Part shown: positions 51,701 to 64,000 of the stretch, one piece after another
Layout of the letters: every line of letters begins with the position of its first letter
How positions within the stretch are numbered: the stretch's first letter is position 1
Origin: Botryllus schlosseri
Lineage: Eukaryota
Assembly: GCA_051294905.1 (NCBI GenBank)
Contig: CM119386.1
Location: 8,060,001 to 8,124,000 of the forward strand
Length of the DNA stretch: 64,000 bases
Direction of reading: 5' to 3'
Notes under the pieces: generated by a model
Database searches by the model: none
Told to the model about the DNA's origin: nothing
The model's input: only the letters and a program-made list of their open reading frames with translations
Translations under genes and position numbers: made by a program

Positions 51701-54700
51701 AGTCCGAAAATGACATTCGTTTCTTTGAATTGGCTCTATTTTCTGAGATATTTAAATTTTTATTCAAAAAAAAAAAAGCAAAATCATTAACTTTAGTAAC
51801 TGTGAAATGCGGACAGAAGTATCAGTGATATGTATATTGGAAATGTCTCTTAAGCCAACGCATTACTTATTCTGGACCAGATCTCCACTACACTATTGTG
51901 GCACTACATTACTTCAGAAACAAGACATTGAAAACACTCCAGTTTGGACAGCACAAGTTATTTATCTGCAGCCTATATACAGTATGTTGTTGTACTATAT
52001 AACTCGACTGTCACAAGCGATTTCCTCGTCTTTCTGCAAACTGTAAAGTACAGCATCACATAGTAAACCAGGCGATTGGAGTGTAACAGTAGAAGCATCA
52101 TGCTGATAAGCTGCATAGTGCTATAGTTGTGTAAGGCGCTTCGAGACCTTTCTGAATATACTTTGAGCGTTAGTAAGAGCCGGGCTTGTGCTTCTACATC
52201 AGCTGATTTCGTTTACTGCTAATATCGCATAACTTAGCTTGATCTTCACATGAAACATGACTCACGTTTACAAGGCAGAGAATTTTACCTACGTCAAAAT
52301 TGGATATTTTTAGCATTTTTTGAAACTAAAATATGGAATATCTCAAAAAATAGAGCCAATTCGGAAAAACTAATGTCATTTTTGGATTCAGCGACATGCA
52401 ACTACCCTGAGACCGTTGAAGCTTTCTTGGCACCAAAATTTGTGTTGGCCAGTGTAATGAATCAAACACAAGAAAAAATGAAATTTATCCCATCACAACT
52501 CAACACTGTACTTTTCTATCATATATCTATATCAACACACCCCAGCTACTAACACTCGGTCTATACCTTCCGTTTCACTTTCATCTAAAATTGAGAAGAA
52601 CAAATTACACCGATTGATTCAATGTCAATTTCAATGTTTCAATAAATAATTTAAGCATAATTCTTGATTACCGGCACCAAAATTTCAGTATCGGTTTGTT
52701 CAAAATGAGTCACGAGTCAAGGCCACTGAATTCGAGGTGGGTTTTGGATTTAGGGACTCCTTTAATCAGTTTAGATTCCTTCCTCACTCTCCACCAAATT
52801 GTTCTTGAGTGATATTTTGACGTGTTATACGTAATGATATAGCAACGAAACACAAGCGATGGCACTTTATGTGACTTGGGAGGAGAGGCTGCACATGACC
52901 GGAATATCGACCCACAGCACAAAACAGTTAATTGAATAGTAGTTACCGCGGCGTTTTGGATATCACATTGACTTTGCCTTGTGCTAGACACATCCAATTG
53001 CACAAAATTTTCTTGATGACAAACACGATTCAGCAGAGATATAGACACTTGAACAGATCTATTATTATTGACATAGTCAAGAACTGTCAATAGTGCAATG
53101 AGATTCATTCTATAATGTATAGCATGTGTGCTTAACAGTTTACGTTACAGCAAATAAGGCAAATACGTAGGAATCTTAACTACACTGGCAGGTAGCCTAC
53201 AGCTTTACAAAAAATGTTAATATAAATTTTCACGGCTTGTTAATTATGAAATGATGAGATGATTTCGTGAATGAATGCATCGCAGGGATGATGTTAAATG
53301 TGAAATGGTGAGGTAATTAGTTCTTGGCTACGTATTTGAAGTCATATCAAAGTACCGAATTACCAGAGAGATTTGGTTCCAGCAAATGCAAAGAGAAATA
53401 CTGCTTCCTGCTGGGCCTGTCCATTTTATGAAAAGTGTCCAACGCGTCCATGGCCTGAAAACAGGTATACACCACAACGATAAAGAAAATTTGAACATGT
53501 GCGATAACGATTGAATGATCTGTGCATTGGCGTGAGAGACAAAAATGATAAATATCACTATGTATCATCAAATGAATTTGTCTTCGACAAAAAAATGCTC
53601 TGAACAAACATCCTTTCATGATAACAGATGTAGACGAAAATGAGTTTTACAATAAATTGGGTCACAGCCCGGCACATTTACATGTCTGCACGGCCTTTAA
53701 GATCACATCATCGCATTGTATGGTCTATTTTTCCCGGTTAGCTCTAGGTATTACCGACATTGAATTGACTTGGGTACACAACTTTAATATACAATTGAAT
53801 TCTATCATAACACTACAATCCCATGCAGCAGTATAACAGTTATTGGTAGTGGATTAAAATTTCAACATCAAAGAGTTTTTCGCAACATTCACACTTACCA
53901 CAGGGCCCATCCTTATGATCATATTGGTCATGCACGATTGACCGGCATTATCGAATCTCCCGACATCGGCTCCGTTTTCCATAAGCCACCGAGCGGTTTC
54001 GCTCCGATCTAAGAAAAGATTGCACTGATAAACAATCAAAACTTCGCGAATTGACAGCAAATTTCATAATTCCGGCTGACTAAACTTGTGATTAAATTGC
54101 AGCGAAGCAAAAAATCTCAGAGTATGCGAAGCTTTTCGGCAAGCAGACCTGATCCAAAAGGGAAATTTGTGATTGCAACCACTTTACTTCAAGTACAAAA
54201 AGAACAGTTACTCAAATAGGTGGCCTACTACTAACAAACAGCACTTTGCATGGTTGCCTCTTGGATTAGCATTTCCTACACAACCATTTCAAAAGTACGA
54301 GCATTAACAAAAGTTAATCTGACCTTATACCTGACCCTTATCCTCAAACCTGATCCAACCCCTACCATCACCATCAGATAAGCTAAATTGACCCCTGACC
54401 TTATCACTAATCTGACCTAATATTGTTATGCACTGTTTTGAAAGCATCACTATTTTGACACCAGCTATATTGCTCGGTTGTTGTTTATAGCAGACGCAAG
54501 ACCGGGAATTTCAATTTGAATTGGTAACGGCATTGGACTACACATAGGCTTATTAGCTGAAGGCTGTGGTTTCTCAAATACATTTTTGTAAAATGTGCAT
54601 ATTTTAGCAATTTTGAATGATCTTGGTGCTTTCCCACTTTGCTCAAACATACCAAACCAAGATATATAAGAAACCTATTTTACGGGCAGCAATGCCAGCA

Positions 54701-57700
54701 AACCATTCAAAGTTCTTTGCGGGCCTCAGCAGGCATACCCATGCTCTAACTAATGTACAGGTAGTTGTTGAATCCTGCCAAAAAACATAGCGATGTCACC
54801 TAAATCAGCGGCAACGTAGACAGGAGTTCTCTTTTTGTAGTCCTCTGCTTCTATATCTGCCCCACACTTTATCAGGATCTTGCACGCTTCCACCGCATCA
54901 TTACGAGCGGCAAAATGAAGCGGAGTCTGCTTTTCCCCGGCTGTTTGTTCCTCCAGGACGGCTATCGAAAAAGTGTGAGTGCGAATTGAAGGCAAAAGGA
55001 ATTTCCAGCAAATTTAGAATGACAAGATATCAATATTTTGTCACACTAACCGCCGTTTTCCAAAAGTAATTCAATCATGTCTGGATAATTTGTAGCAGCT
55101 GCTACGTGTAACGGCGACCTTCCGTATCTATAAAATTATAGAATCAATGACAGTAAATGAAATAATTGAATTCGGATTACGTTGCATTCCCAATCCACTG
55201 GTCGCCACGCAGATATGATTGCGGAATCGCAAAAGTGAATCGCAAAAGTTTGAACTTATTTGGTACGAAATCAGTACATAAGTAACATCAATGGATGTCA
55301 CTTTCACATTCAAGCACACATTTCCACAATTATCGCCAGTACATAATGGCTCATCCATTCATTCTATGGTTAAGCATTCATATAACAAAGTAATCCAGTT
55401 TTACACAACACGCTCACCAGAGAGATCATATTGAAGATATAATAAGTATGTTCCACCTAAAATAACATAGCACCGATTGATTGTGGATTTAGGTTGAAGT
55501 TTCTGCTGAGACACAGTGAGGTTACTTGACAATAGCAAACAATGTGTTTCTGCTCTATCAAAGTACTCAAAGAGGATATTTCAATGTGTAACCCAACTGA
55601 AAGATATTTCATGCTTTATGATTTTACTATGGAAAAAAATTGTATTGCAAATAAAGCGGCCATCGCTGTTTAGAACACTGTACAAACACACTTTCCCCTT
55701 GAGCGGCAAATAAATGCATTATTCTCCATTATATTCATGGATCAAAATGCGCTATCAATGTCTATAAAATGTGATAAAATCTTGCAATAAATTGTGAGGT
55801 CATTTTAATGTTGGCAAATACTAAAATATCAGTAGGCTACTGTTCGCATCAAGTCATCTAAAACTGGTAACCAGATGAGAATAACTGTTTTGAATCTCTC
55901 AATCTCTCTCAATAAATTACTGCCTAAAGGCCATCTTGTAAAACAAGTTGTAGGTCACTGTTGCAAGGGATCCATTGCCTGATATCAGTTTAGATATTGC
56001 TAACATATCTTTCATTAGATTTTGAATAATGGATCAATTGAATGATAACTCTACATAATATGCAGTGGCTCATTGTTGTCAGGCAATAGTCATGAAAGTT
56101 ATATCAAAAGTACAGAAGACCAAGATTTGAGTATCGTCTGTAGCACACTTTGAAGTCTGGGCGGTATATGTGGGCTCGCCTACCCACCCTGTTGCTATTC
56201 TCATGGCAATTAAACAGTCAAAAAGAAAGACTAATTCGAACACTAATTGTACATTAATAAGAGTAACACCAGCAGGCTCAGCTGGATGTTAGATTGATAG
56301 ACAGTACTTGGTCGTATTACGACATCCTCCTATCAGTTCATCCGTATTGTGACTTGTGTCGCACTGTTCATTGTGTGTTTGTGAGGAAAATAATAGAATT
56401 GCTGATTATGATTAGAAATATATCAAAATAAAACACGAATTCATCTGCATTTTGGGAGCTTGTCAAACTGCTTCAAAGCAATAAATATGGCAACGAACAA
56501 AAACAGAGAGAATTACTGTACAGCAGTGTTGGGATCAAGTCACTACCTTCGAGTCACGAGTCATCTCGAGTCATTGCACATTTTGACTCGAGTCAAGTCA
56601 AGTCAATCGATTTTCGAAAGTGACTCGAGTCAAGTCAAGTCACTCGGTTTTTGGAGGTGACTCGAGTCAAGTCGAGTCAAGTCAAGTCAAGTCACGAGTC
56701 AAGTCACAATTCAAGTCAAGTTGCCTTTTTTAAGTATGAGGCATGATTACGTCATTGCATTTTGCTAGCTGTCTAAAATACAGATTGAGCGGTCATTGAT
56801 TCTGAACCAATGAGCGAATATAAGTTAAATATAAGCGCAATAAGGCGCTGAATCGCTCATATATACGTAGAACTGCTAAACTACGTAAGTGATTGAACAG
56901 CCTCAGTTTATAGTTACCAGGCAAAAGAGAGAATAGAGAAACGAATTGAAAAGATGCAATACATTATGCATTTACAAATTGATATGATACAATTCAAGCC
57001 TACGCTAATGGTTGAGGACTATATCAACTGTATTTGAATTCAATTTCAATAAAACAAGAGCTTTGGTTCAGGAAAGAACAGAGAACAGAAATAGACATTT
57101 TGCTATTAAACTACTTTACTGTATTAGTTTACGACAACGTAATCTGTAAATTTCGATCACTCCGTTTGCAGTCAATTTATGTGTGTGAGAACAATGGAGG
57201 TTCAGTAAAGCGCACAATCACTGAAAGATTGGTCACTCTCACGGGTTACACCAGCATTTAGCGAACAGTCCGACCATATGCAAGATACAGGGATTTTTAT
57301 CGACACCGATTACTTGATGACTTGAAATTGACTGGTGAATTTTGCTCCGAGTCACGAGTCAATCCACATTTCTGATACGCCGAGTCAAGTCAAGTCAAGT
57401 CATTTTAGCAAAGTGACTCGAGTCAAGTCAAGTCATACGAAAAAGGTGACTCGAGTCTGACTCGAGTCAAGTCATGACTCGAGTCATCCCAACACTGCTG
57501 TACAGAGCAGATATCAGCATACAACCGCCAAGTTCAAGTTACCTGTCACTCTTGTTCACATCGACGCCTCTCTGAATTAGAAAGAGAGCAATGTCGGTAT
57601 GCCATAACCTGGCCGTCTCGTGCAGAATAGTTTGTCCGTAACGATCCGTGCAGTTAATGTCGGCTCCCTTGTCGAGAAGCGAACCCACCAGCTCTAGATC

Positions 57701-60700
57701 CACCTAAACAACGTGCAAGTCAGATAATATTTGAGTATTTCCACTCGTTTACATTCAAGAACTTACCTCCGCCGTCTCTGGCGGCTGCTTGCTGACCATC
57801 ACAAAGTGTTCGATCAGCTTCCTATTAAGCCTTGTCACGTTTCGTTTTGAATCTACGAAATGAAGAGAACGTCACAAGTAAGCCCGGATTAGGGTTACCG
57901 TACCATTATTTGAGAATGCAAACTTACAGACAAATCATTGATGCTACTTGAGTAAATGAAATGGCACAATTCTCTACTCAATTAAATGTAGCAAGTTTGA
58001 GATCTATTCGAAGCATACTTGAAGTAGAAGTAAAATTTGAACGTTGCTTCAATGATCTGACCAAACACGGAACTGCCACTAATATCTTACATATCTGAAT
58101 TTGTAATGCAGAATACCGTCGTACTGAATGCTAGTCAGCCAAATTACAACACAGTCAAATCATTTCTGCCACACCATTATTTCATTCGATAGCAATGGCA
58201 ACGCCCTATTACAAGGGACATCTCCGACACACGATTAAGGATGATTCAAGCATAGTGACAAAGTAGGCTTGAAGACTGTGTCATATCAAGCCTCCTGTCT
58301 ACCTTTCATGTCGCATTTCACTGTGTTACATTTTTGTTGCGTGATGTTGATATGTAATGTGGACGAATAAAGATTCTCTCTCTCTCTTATATTGTATGTG
58401 GTGATGGATACATTTGAGGGTGACAGACAATGTGCTTAGATTGCACTATACTTTGAACAGTGTAGAAAAAAGTGACACCCTACAGAGAAATCATGAGTGT
58501 GGCATAATTTTTGAGTATCTTGAACTTCAACGCATGGAACCCAGAGACAGATTATAACACCGAAATCTCGGACACGTCAGATAAATTTATAACTACGGCG
58601 GCCCTTGACCGGATAAATGTACTCAGCAGTCGTTAAATATCTGTTTGAAGTGGTATTCGACGACATTTAATCACACCCACAATAAACTCTCACCTCTTGG
58701 TGACACAGATACGCCGTTGTTTTGCATACTTGGTTTGAACGCCAATTCCTCGCGGAGCAAAGCTGCGTCTATTTCCAAACCTAAATGCGAATCCATGACA
58801 GACTGTTGCCGAGATGTCTTCCCGCTCCGCAGACCTGTAAGTGGTACAAGCAAAACTTAACAGACTTGAAATGACACCTAGAATCTTGTCGGCAGGGCCT
58901 GGCATAAGAACTCGAATCCGAGTTGAGTATCAAATGTAATTATTCGAGTCAAGGAATGAGAGCCCACTTTGCCTACTTCCACAAGTGGTTATGTTTGTAG
59001 ACCACTTCAATGAAAACCGTACATAGTTTTGAGATAAGCTTGCATCCTTTTTGCAAGCAGAATTGTCATGATAACGTGATGAAATAGCCTGTATCACGGT
59101 ATCTGAATATATTTTTTGAAAATTGCACCTATTTGTAGTGTCATTTGTAGTTCCACTGCAGTCACTGCCCCCAAAATTTCAATGACTTATTTACCTCGGC
59201 ATCAAAACTGCCCAAGTGCAACACACGCATGTCCAAGTCACCCAACTACCATATGGTCGACGTAAAAGATCATCGCTCTATCAAATATGCCGTAACTGCA
59301 GTGTGGAACAATATCTCGCCGGCTATCCAACAGCCATCGAGCATTTCCACATCCAAGTCGAAATGCAAGCCGTTTCTACTGAATCAATACGAGTCAGTCC
59401 TCAAGTTTACCGGACCACGACCTGACATATCGATCTCGCTTTCCGTCACACTCCACCTCATTCTGACGCTTGTCCTATTGTATTATCTTCTTTTACTTTT
59501 CATTCAGTCTGCATGCGTCCTTTTTCACATCGCCTAGGCCAGGTGGTGTCTGATTTCAAAGACTAATCCAAGTCGTTTCGACACCGTCCTATCTTTTCAC
59601 TGTATCACAGTCTTGTGCTGTCTTGAAATGATGAAATTGTTACCAATAATTGATTGATTGATTCATTAGTTCCCACATCCGATAAACTGCTTAAAGTATT
59701 CGGTTCCTCAACCAAATCTAATTTTTGAAACTACTTACTTAACTACTTTTTAGCCCTTTCATTTTAGACTTCTATTTGATATAGTTTTGATCTTGGAAAC
59801 TGCTACATCGACTTGTAATCAAGTGAAAATTTATGGCGTTACTTCTACTTCTACGCTATCTACTATGACCACCTCTGTTCATCGCCTCAATCTACTTCTT
59901 CATGCAACTTATTTGAGCAAGTATCAGACATCCTCAATCTACTTGTCATAGAGTGAAAATCTACGGATTACTTCTCTACTAGTACTGGAGCATCATCGAC
60001 AAGTACCAAGGTCCAAGAAATTCTGCTTGAAGCTAATTTGAATACTTGCATTTCAAATCATATTGTAATGTAAGCACAATAAGAAGAAACTCCGCTATGA
60101 GGTATTGCTCTTACACTGATGCACAGAAATTCTGCTTAACATGTCTGAAATCACAGCCAGCAACCTAGTTCTATGCCGCATTTGACATAATCTAAAGTGG
60201 CTACCTGTAGCAGAGTCCTTACCAGAGTCATTTCTTTGAATCCGTTCTTTTCTCATCTGAGTCACATATTCCCGCCAGTCTTTGGCTCGTTTTTGCATTC
60301 GGAGGACGTCTTCAAATTTAACTGCTTTAGGCGCTTGTCCTGACTGAAAAATTATCAATAAAACAACAGGTCTCCAGTAGTTCGAGTTGCATTGCAAAAT
60401 ATTGATCAATCAATATTTTATTAGTCCACAGGAGTTGAGATAATAGTGTTTCTTCACCTATTTTTGGTACAGAAAATTCTTGGAAAAGCTAGGGACGGTT
60501 GGAAAGCTATTTTGAACAGTTGAGATATGTTTTCAGATTAGTGGTAGGCCTACTTATCAACAATATTATGAATGGGCTAAATTTTCAAATGAGGATACTT
60601 GTAGAACTATTGAGCCAAATTGCATGTAATGACGAGGTTATGGTACTTGGGGTGGAGAACTAAATGAAATGTTCGGGTAGTAGCAATAAATTGCAACTAA

Positions 60701-63519
60701 TAGTGGTAGCGGCCGATTCTTAAGCCCATTAGTTAGAGGAGGTGCTACGAGCTCAACCTGGCTAAATCAATGTTTAGGTTAATCTATTACCTGTTCTGTC
60801 TCATCAACAGGAGCCATGAATGCACGGTTGTCGTGTCCTCTGGCATCTGAAGGCATAAAATAGATTACCATAGAATCACAAAAGGTTATGCCAATTGATT
60901 ATTATGTACCGGCATGGATTGCGATAAACAATTGTTTATGGAAAGCACTTTGAAATAACAAAAACAAAAGAAATATGCTGCAATCATGAAAATCTAGACT
61001 TCGTAAATGAGGCGGGACGGTCCAAACGACAGCTGCAGTAACAGCACAGCACTGATACTATAACCGCTGAAATTTTGGATTGAATTTGGATTCGAAAATC
61101 ACCAGTACGGCGATAGTAATACCAAAAAATTCACGTTAGTTGTTCAGTTCAGTTTTTAAGTAATTAAATCAATTCAAACACGGCAAGCTGGCGATAAAAT
61201 GAAAAGATATAGGAATAGCCTAATAAGAAGTCGAAACGACTTCACTACAAAAAATTAGACAAGTTTGGTCTTAATGTCTCAAATCGATTTTTTAGCAGAA
61301 AAAGTCTTAAAGATAAATTAGTCTTACCAAGGAATTTCTGTCTCAAATCGATTTTTTAGCAAAAAAGTCTTAAAGACCAATTAGTCTTACAAAGCACTTT
61401 CTGTCTTAAAAATAAGACCCAAATTGATCGAAAATAATAGCAGTGCTTTGAGGGCATTCTTTTCAATGTAAGGTTCCGGGGAAGGGGAAGCACGAGAGAG
61501 ACCATAATCTGCAATGTTGGGATAATACTGTATACTAAGGAGTTTACAATGCATTCACTTGATAATCTTATTAATGTACATGCCACTTACCACTCAACAT
61601 GTAATGTTCAGAGAACAATATACACGCTTGTCTGAGTCAATACTAGCATTTGTGGTGAGTGGGTAAAATGAGACCAAAAACTGCAAAATTCGTCTTGAAA
61701 ACAGGACTAAAATCACTGAAGCATCAAAAATTATCTCAATAAGCTAGCTGTGTCTATAAACTCTTTATCACAGTATTGTTGGGTGGTCTCTCTCACTCTC
61801 CCTCTTCACTCAGAACCTAACACTGAAAAGGATGCCCCAAAACCACTGCTTTTATTGTCAATCAATTTGGGTCTTACTTTCGAGACCGAAAATACTCATG
61901 GTAAGACAAACTGGTCTTTAAGACTTTTTTACTAAAACATCAATTTGAGACAGAAAGGGCTTGGTATGACCAATTATTCTTGAGAATTTTTTTTATAAAA
62001 AATCGATTTAAGACCAAATTTGTCTAATTTTATGCTCTTGGCCCGTGTCAACTTTCGGGTCTCATTTTTAAGACCACAAACCATGTTGCTTCTTGATTAG
62101 CGAAATTTGTCTCAAAAACAAGACCAAAAATACTGACACATCAAAAACTGTCTCAAAAAGCCAGTTATGTATTATGCTCTTGACCGGTCTCATTTTCAAG
62201 ACCACAAACCATGTTATTTCGGCACTTCTTCGATAGTAGGTAGACATCGAAAAGTGTTCACCATGATCACCAATAAATGTTTCCCATGAACACAAATAAA
62301 AATTTATAAACGTCAAAATGAATTGTTGTTTTTTGTGTCTTTGGAGAGACGGATATTAGGGTCGGGTTGGGGGGGGGGGTATTAGGATTGGGGAAAGAGG
62401 GATATTAGGGCATAGGAGGGGATGTTAGGCTTGGGGGAAATTAGGGTTATGGGAGGGGGGATATTAGGGTTTGGGAAAGAGGGATATTAAGGTTTGAGGA
62501 AAGGGGGATTGGAGGTGGGTTAGGGTCAAAGTTGGGGTTAGGTATCCCTAGATTAGGAAGGGGGATATTAGGGTTGCGGGAAGGGGGATATTAGGGTTGC
62601 GGGAGGGGGATATTAGGTTTGGGGTAATATACCCCTCCCGCAACCCTAATATCCCCCCTCCCACAACCCTAATATCCCCCCTCCCACAACCCTAATATCC
62701 CCAACCCTAATATCCCCCCTCCCACAACCCTAATATCCCCCCTCCCACAACCCTAATATCCCCCTAACCCCAACCCTAATATCCCCCCTCCCACCCTAAT
62801 ACTCCAACCCTAATCTTGGGATACCCTAAACCCAACTTTGACCCTAACCCACTCCAAACGCAAAAACAATACATTTTGACGTTTATAAATTTTTGTTCGT
62901 GTTCATGGAAAACATTCATTGGTGATCATGGTGAACACTTTTCGATGTCTACCTACTATCGAAGAAGTGCCGTTATTTCTTGATTAGCGAAATTCATCTT
63001 GAAAACAAGACCAAAAAAATGGATGAATCAAAGACTGTCTCAATAAGCACAATATGTCTTATAAGATGCGTTTTATAGGTCTGATTTTTAAGACCGAATG
63101 ATCGTGACAATTTCACATGGATCAGTCTCAATTTTAAGACCTCACATCATCAGCAAGACTGAAATTGCTGAAAATGAGACCAAATCATCCTCATGTCTCA
63201 AATTTGAGACCCAATTTGTCTAATTTTTTTTTTGTAGTGTTGAATTTGCCACCATAATTGCTTTCTGTCAGTTTTACTGGTACGCTATTATAACTATTAT
63301 TATCACATCGCCTAGTCCTAGTTAGGTGTCTGATTTCAAAGACTATTCCGACTAGACTATAGCCGTTTCGACACATTCATATCTTTTCATTGTATCGCAG
63401 TCTTGAGTGTCTTGTGGAGTTTTGAAATGATGAAAATATTGGTACTGCTACTCGTCTTTTACGCAATAAAAGCTTACTCTACCTTGCTGTCTTTTGGTGG
63501 GGTACACTTTCTTCGACAT
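39664..63519 (-). CDS. Ankyrin-repeat TRP cation channel (TRPA/TRPV-like, ~995 aa, ~27 exons)
   Basis: Exons (descending): 63483-63519, 60791-60846, 60205-60343, 58694-58834, 57767-57852, 57543-57703, 55051-55127, 54800-54961, 53899-54008, 53364-53454, 49474-49499, 49327-49418, 48967-49078, 48429-48599, 47911-48027, 47568-47673, 47321-47459, 46706-46821, 46048-46255, 45849-45950, 43640-43799, 42776-42830, 42073-42140, 41662-41774, 41524-41601, 39887-39988, 39664-39826; all GT-AG, phase-compatible, total 2988 nt. About 6 ankyrin repeats (GQTILH, GRSPLH, KQTPLH, KRTPVY), pre-S1 MHPVILKMLNVKW, S3 DFWNFFDW, S4-S5 WLRLMKNIRAFRQLGPFVVMLG, pore and S6 INLFIALLSDTFQR, C-terminal coiled coil. Core exons (57703-43640) are secure; terminal low-complexity exons are less certain. 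Confidence 0.9.
40679..41046. mobile_element. hAT-Charlie MITE
   Basis: TIR cagtggtaaccaac / gttgggaaccactg; perfect TSD atctaggc. Confidence 0.88.
41171..41418. mobile_element. Fold-back hAT MITE with ~100-bp TIRs
   Basis: tagggtgttcaaaaatga...accaaatttggtt inverted at both ends; TSD ctgaacat/ctgaaaat (7/8). Confidence 0.85.
43995..45348. mobile_element. hAT element carrying a degenerate transposase C-terminus
   Basis: TIR cagaccgtgttatttttggcat / atgccaaaaataacacggcctg, perfect TSD taaataag; extra internal TIR copy at 44089-44110. Confidence 0.9.
44574..44998 (+). pseudogene. hAT transposase C-terminal remnant (stops and frameshifts)
   Basis: LPRTLPSELV ... SFHDAW ... G*LATFFPSTTTVEADISQIRWARNEFRRNLADLSLEALLQCK. 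Confidence 0.75.
45424..45740 (+). mobile_element. tRNA-derived SINE, copy 3 (TRP intron)
   Basis: Same head and core; long (TC)n tail at ~45679-45740. Confidence 0.88.
51217..51620. mobile_element. Kolobok-like fold-back MITE
   Basis: ~100-bp TIRs aggggcactgcactctaaaaatgatgtggtctc..., flanked by ctaa/ttaa. Confidence 0.75.
51628..52454. mobile_element. Tc1/mariner-like non-autonomous element with diverged long TIRs
   Basis: cactagccaac / gttggccagtg ends with ~130-bp diverged inverted arms; TA on the right flank. Confidence 0.55.
56524..57497. mobile_element. Non-autonomous hAT element with GAGTCAAGTC subterminal arrays
   Basis: TIR cagtgttggga / tcccaacactg; perfect TSD ctgtacag. Confidence 0.92.
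61243..63239. mobile_element. CACTA/EnSpm-like non-autonomous element in TRP intron 1
   Basis: TIR cactacaaaaaattagacaa / ttgtctaattt..ttgtagtg, 2-bp TT flanks, dense AGACC/GGTCT subterminal repeats. Confidence 0.75.
62221..62971. mobile_element. Merlin-like palindromic MITE nested in the CACTA element
   Basis: Near-fully palindromic 751 bp starting GGCAC, perfect 8-bp TSD gttatttc; interior G-rich/C-rich ~23-bp repeats containing TTAGGG. Confidence 0.8.
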
Positions 63520-64000
63520 TGCAGCTACGGTTCACACCCAATAATCCTACAATAATCACCACGCCATGCGATGCGCTACTGACATACAAAATATCTTGTT
63601 CTGTCGAAGCATAAGTGCGTTGTTCCTATAGTTACTATGATAACATGGGTATCTCCCGATTTTCAGTGCGAACTGCAGCACCTAGCCGGTAACAATCCGC
63701 TGACGACTTGATCGCTAGAGGGATGCACGACGTTCCGTGATTTCATATAGATAACTAACCTACGGATTGCAATTGTAATTGCAATTTGCATGCCGACGGC
63801 CGCTAACACATACTAATTGAATTACTTGTCGACAGCGGCACTCACACAAATTGCAAGCTAGGGCCACAGGTTGCTCACCCCTGTTCTATACCAAGTTCAA
63901 CACATTTCCCCTTATTATTCATACGTCATTTGGTAAGACCACTGAGCTATATAAACGCAGAACAATGCTGATTTTCAGACTTTGAGGTGTTTTTCAAGAG

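Noticed and set aside
52710-53108. 132-aa minus ORF in TRP intron 10
   Set aside because: No TRP or other recognisable motif; the flanking exons join in phase (LEPNLSG|GSTLAKTP) without it.
56524-57497. Regularly repeated GAGTCAAGTC units suggestive of a CRISPR-like array
   Set aside because: Eukaryotic locus, no unique spacers; these are subterminal repeats of a hAT element with TIR and TSD.
62350-62850. TTAGGG-containing repeats as an interstitial telomere or chromosome fusion site
   Set aside because: Units are ~23-bp degenerate minisatellites, not tandem TTAGGG, and sit inside a TIR/TSD-bounded element.

Overview
AT-rich metazoan genomic DNA (spliceosomal GT-AG introns, many only 55-70 bp; probably an invertebrate deuterostome such as a tunicate, but the taxon cannot be fixed from sequence alone) with one assembly gap (12657-12811). 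Three gene systems were reconstructed by hand. (1) A tandem cluster of three co-oriented, highly divergent, leaderless genes (2999-4047, 10773-11636, 15851-16585) whose C-terminal ~135-150 aa share a motif series that threads onto a 12-strand beta-trefoil of IL-1/FGF type, with N-terminal propieces, TATA boxes, Rel-like sites at a similar distance upstream and an AU-rich 3' UTR; this candidate invertebrate IL-1-like cytokine cluster is the main discovery. (2) A complete 19-exon microsomal triglyceride transfer protein (MTTP) gene on the minus strand (34440->22227, ~915 aa), with a possible alternative signal-peptide exon upstream. (3) A complete ~27-exon ankyrin-repeat TRP channel gene on the minus strand (63519->39664, ~995 aa) with an unusual Cys-rich S3-S4 insertion. 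Intergenic and intronic space is packed with non-autonomous DNA transposons (12 hAT elements retaining 8-bp target duplications, plus CACTA-, Merlin-, Kolobok- and Tc1-like elements), three copies of a tRNA-derived SINE and microsatellites. All protein-family assignments rest on manual motif recognition, not database searches.
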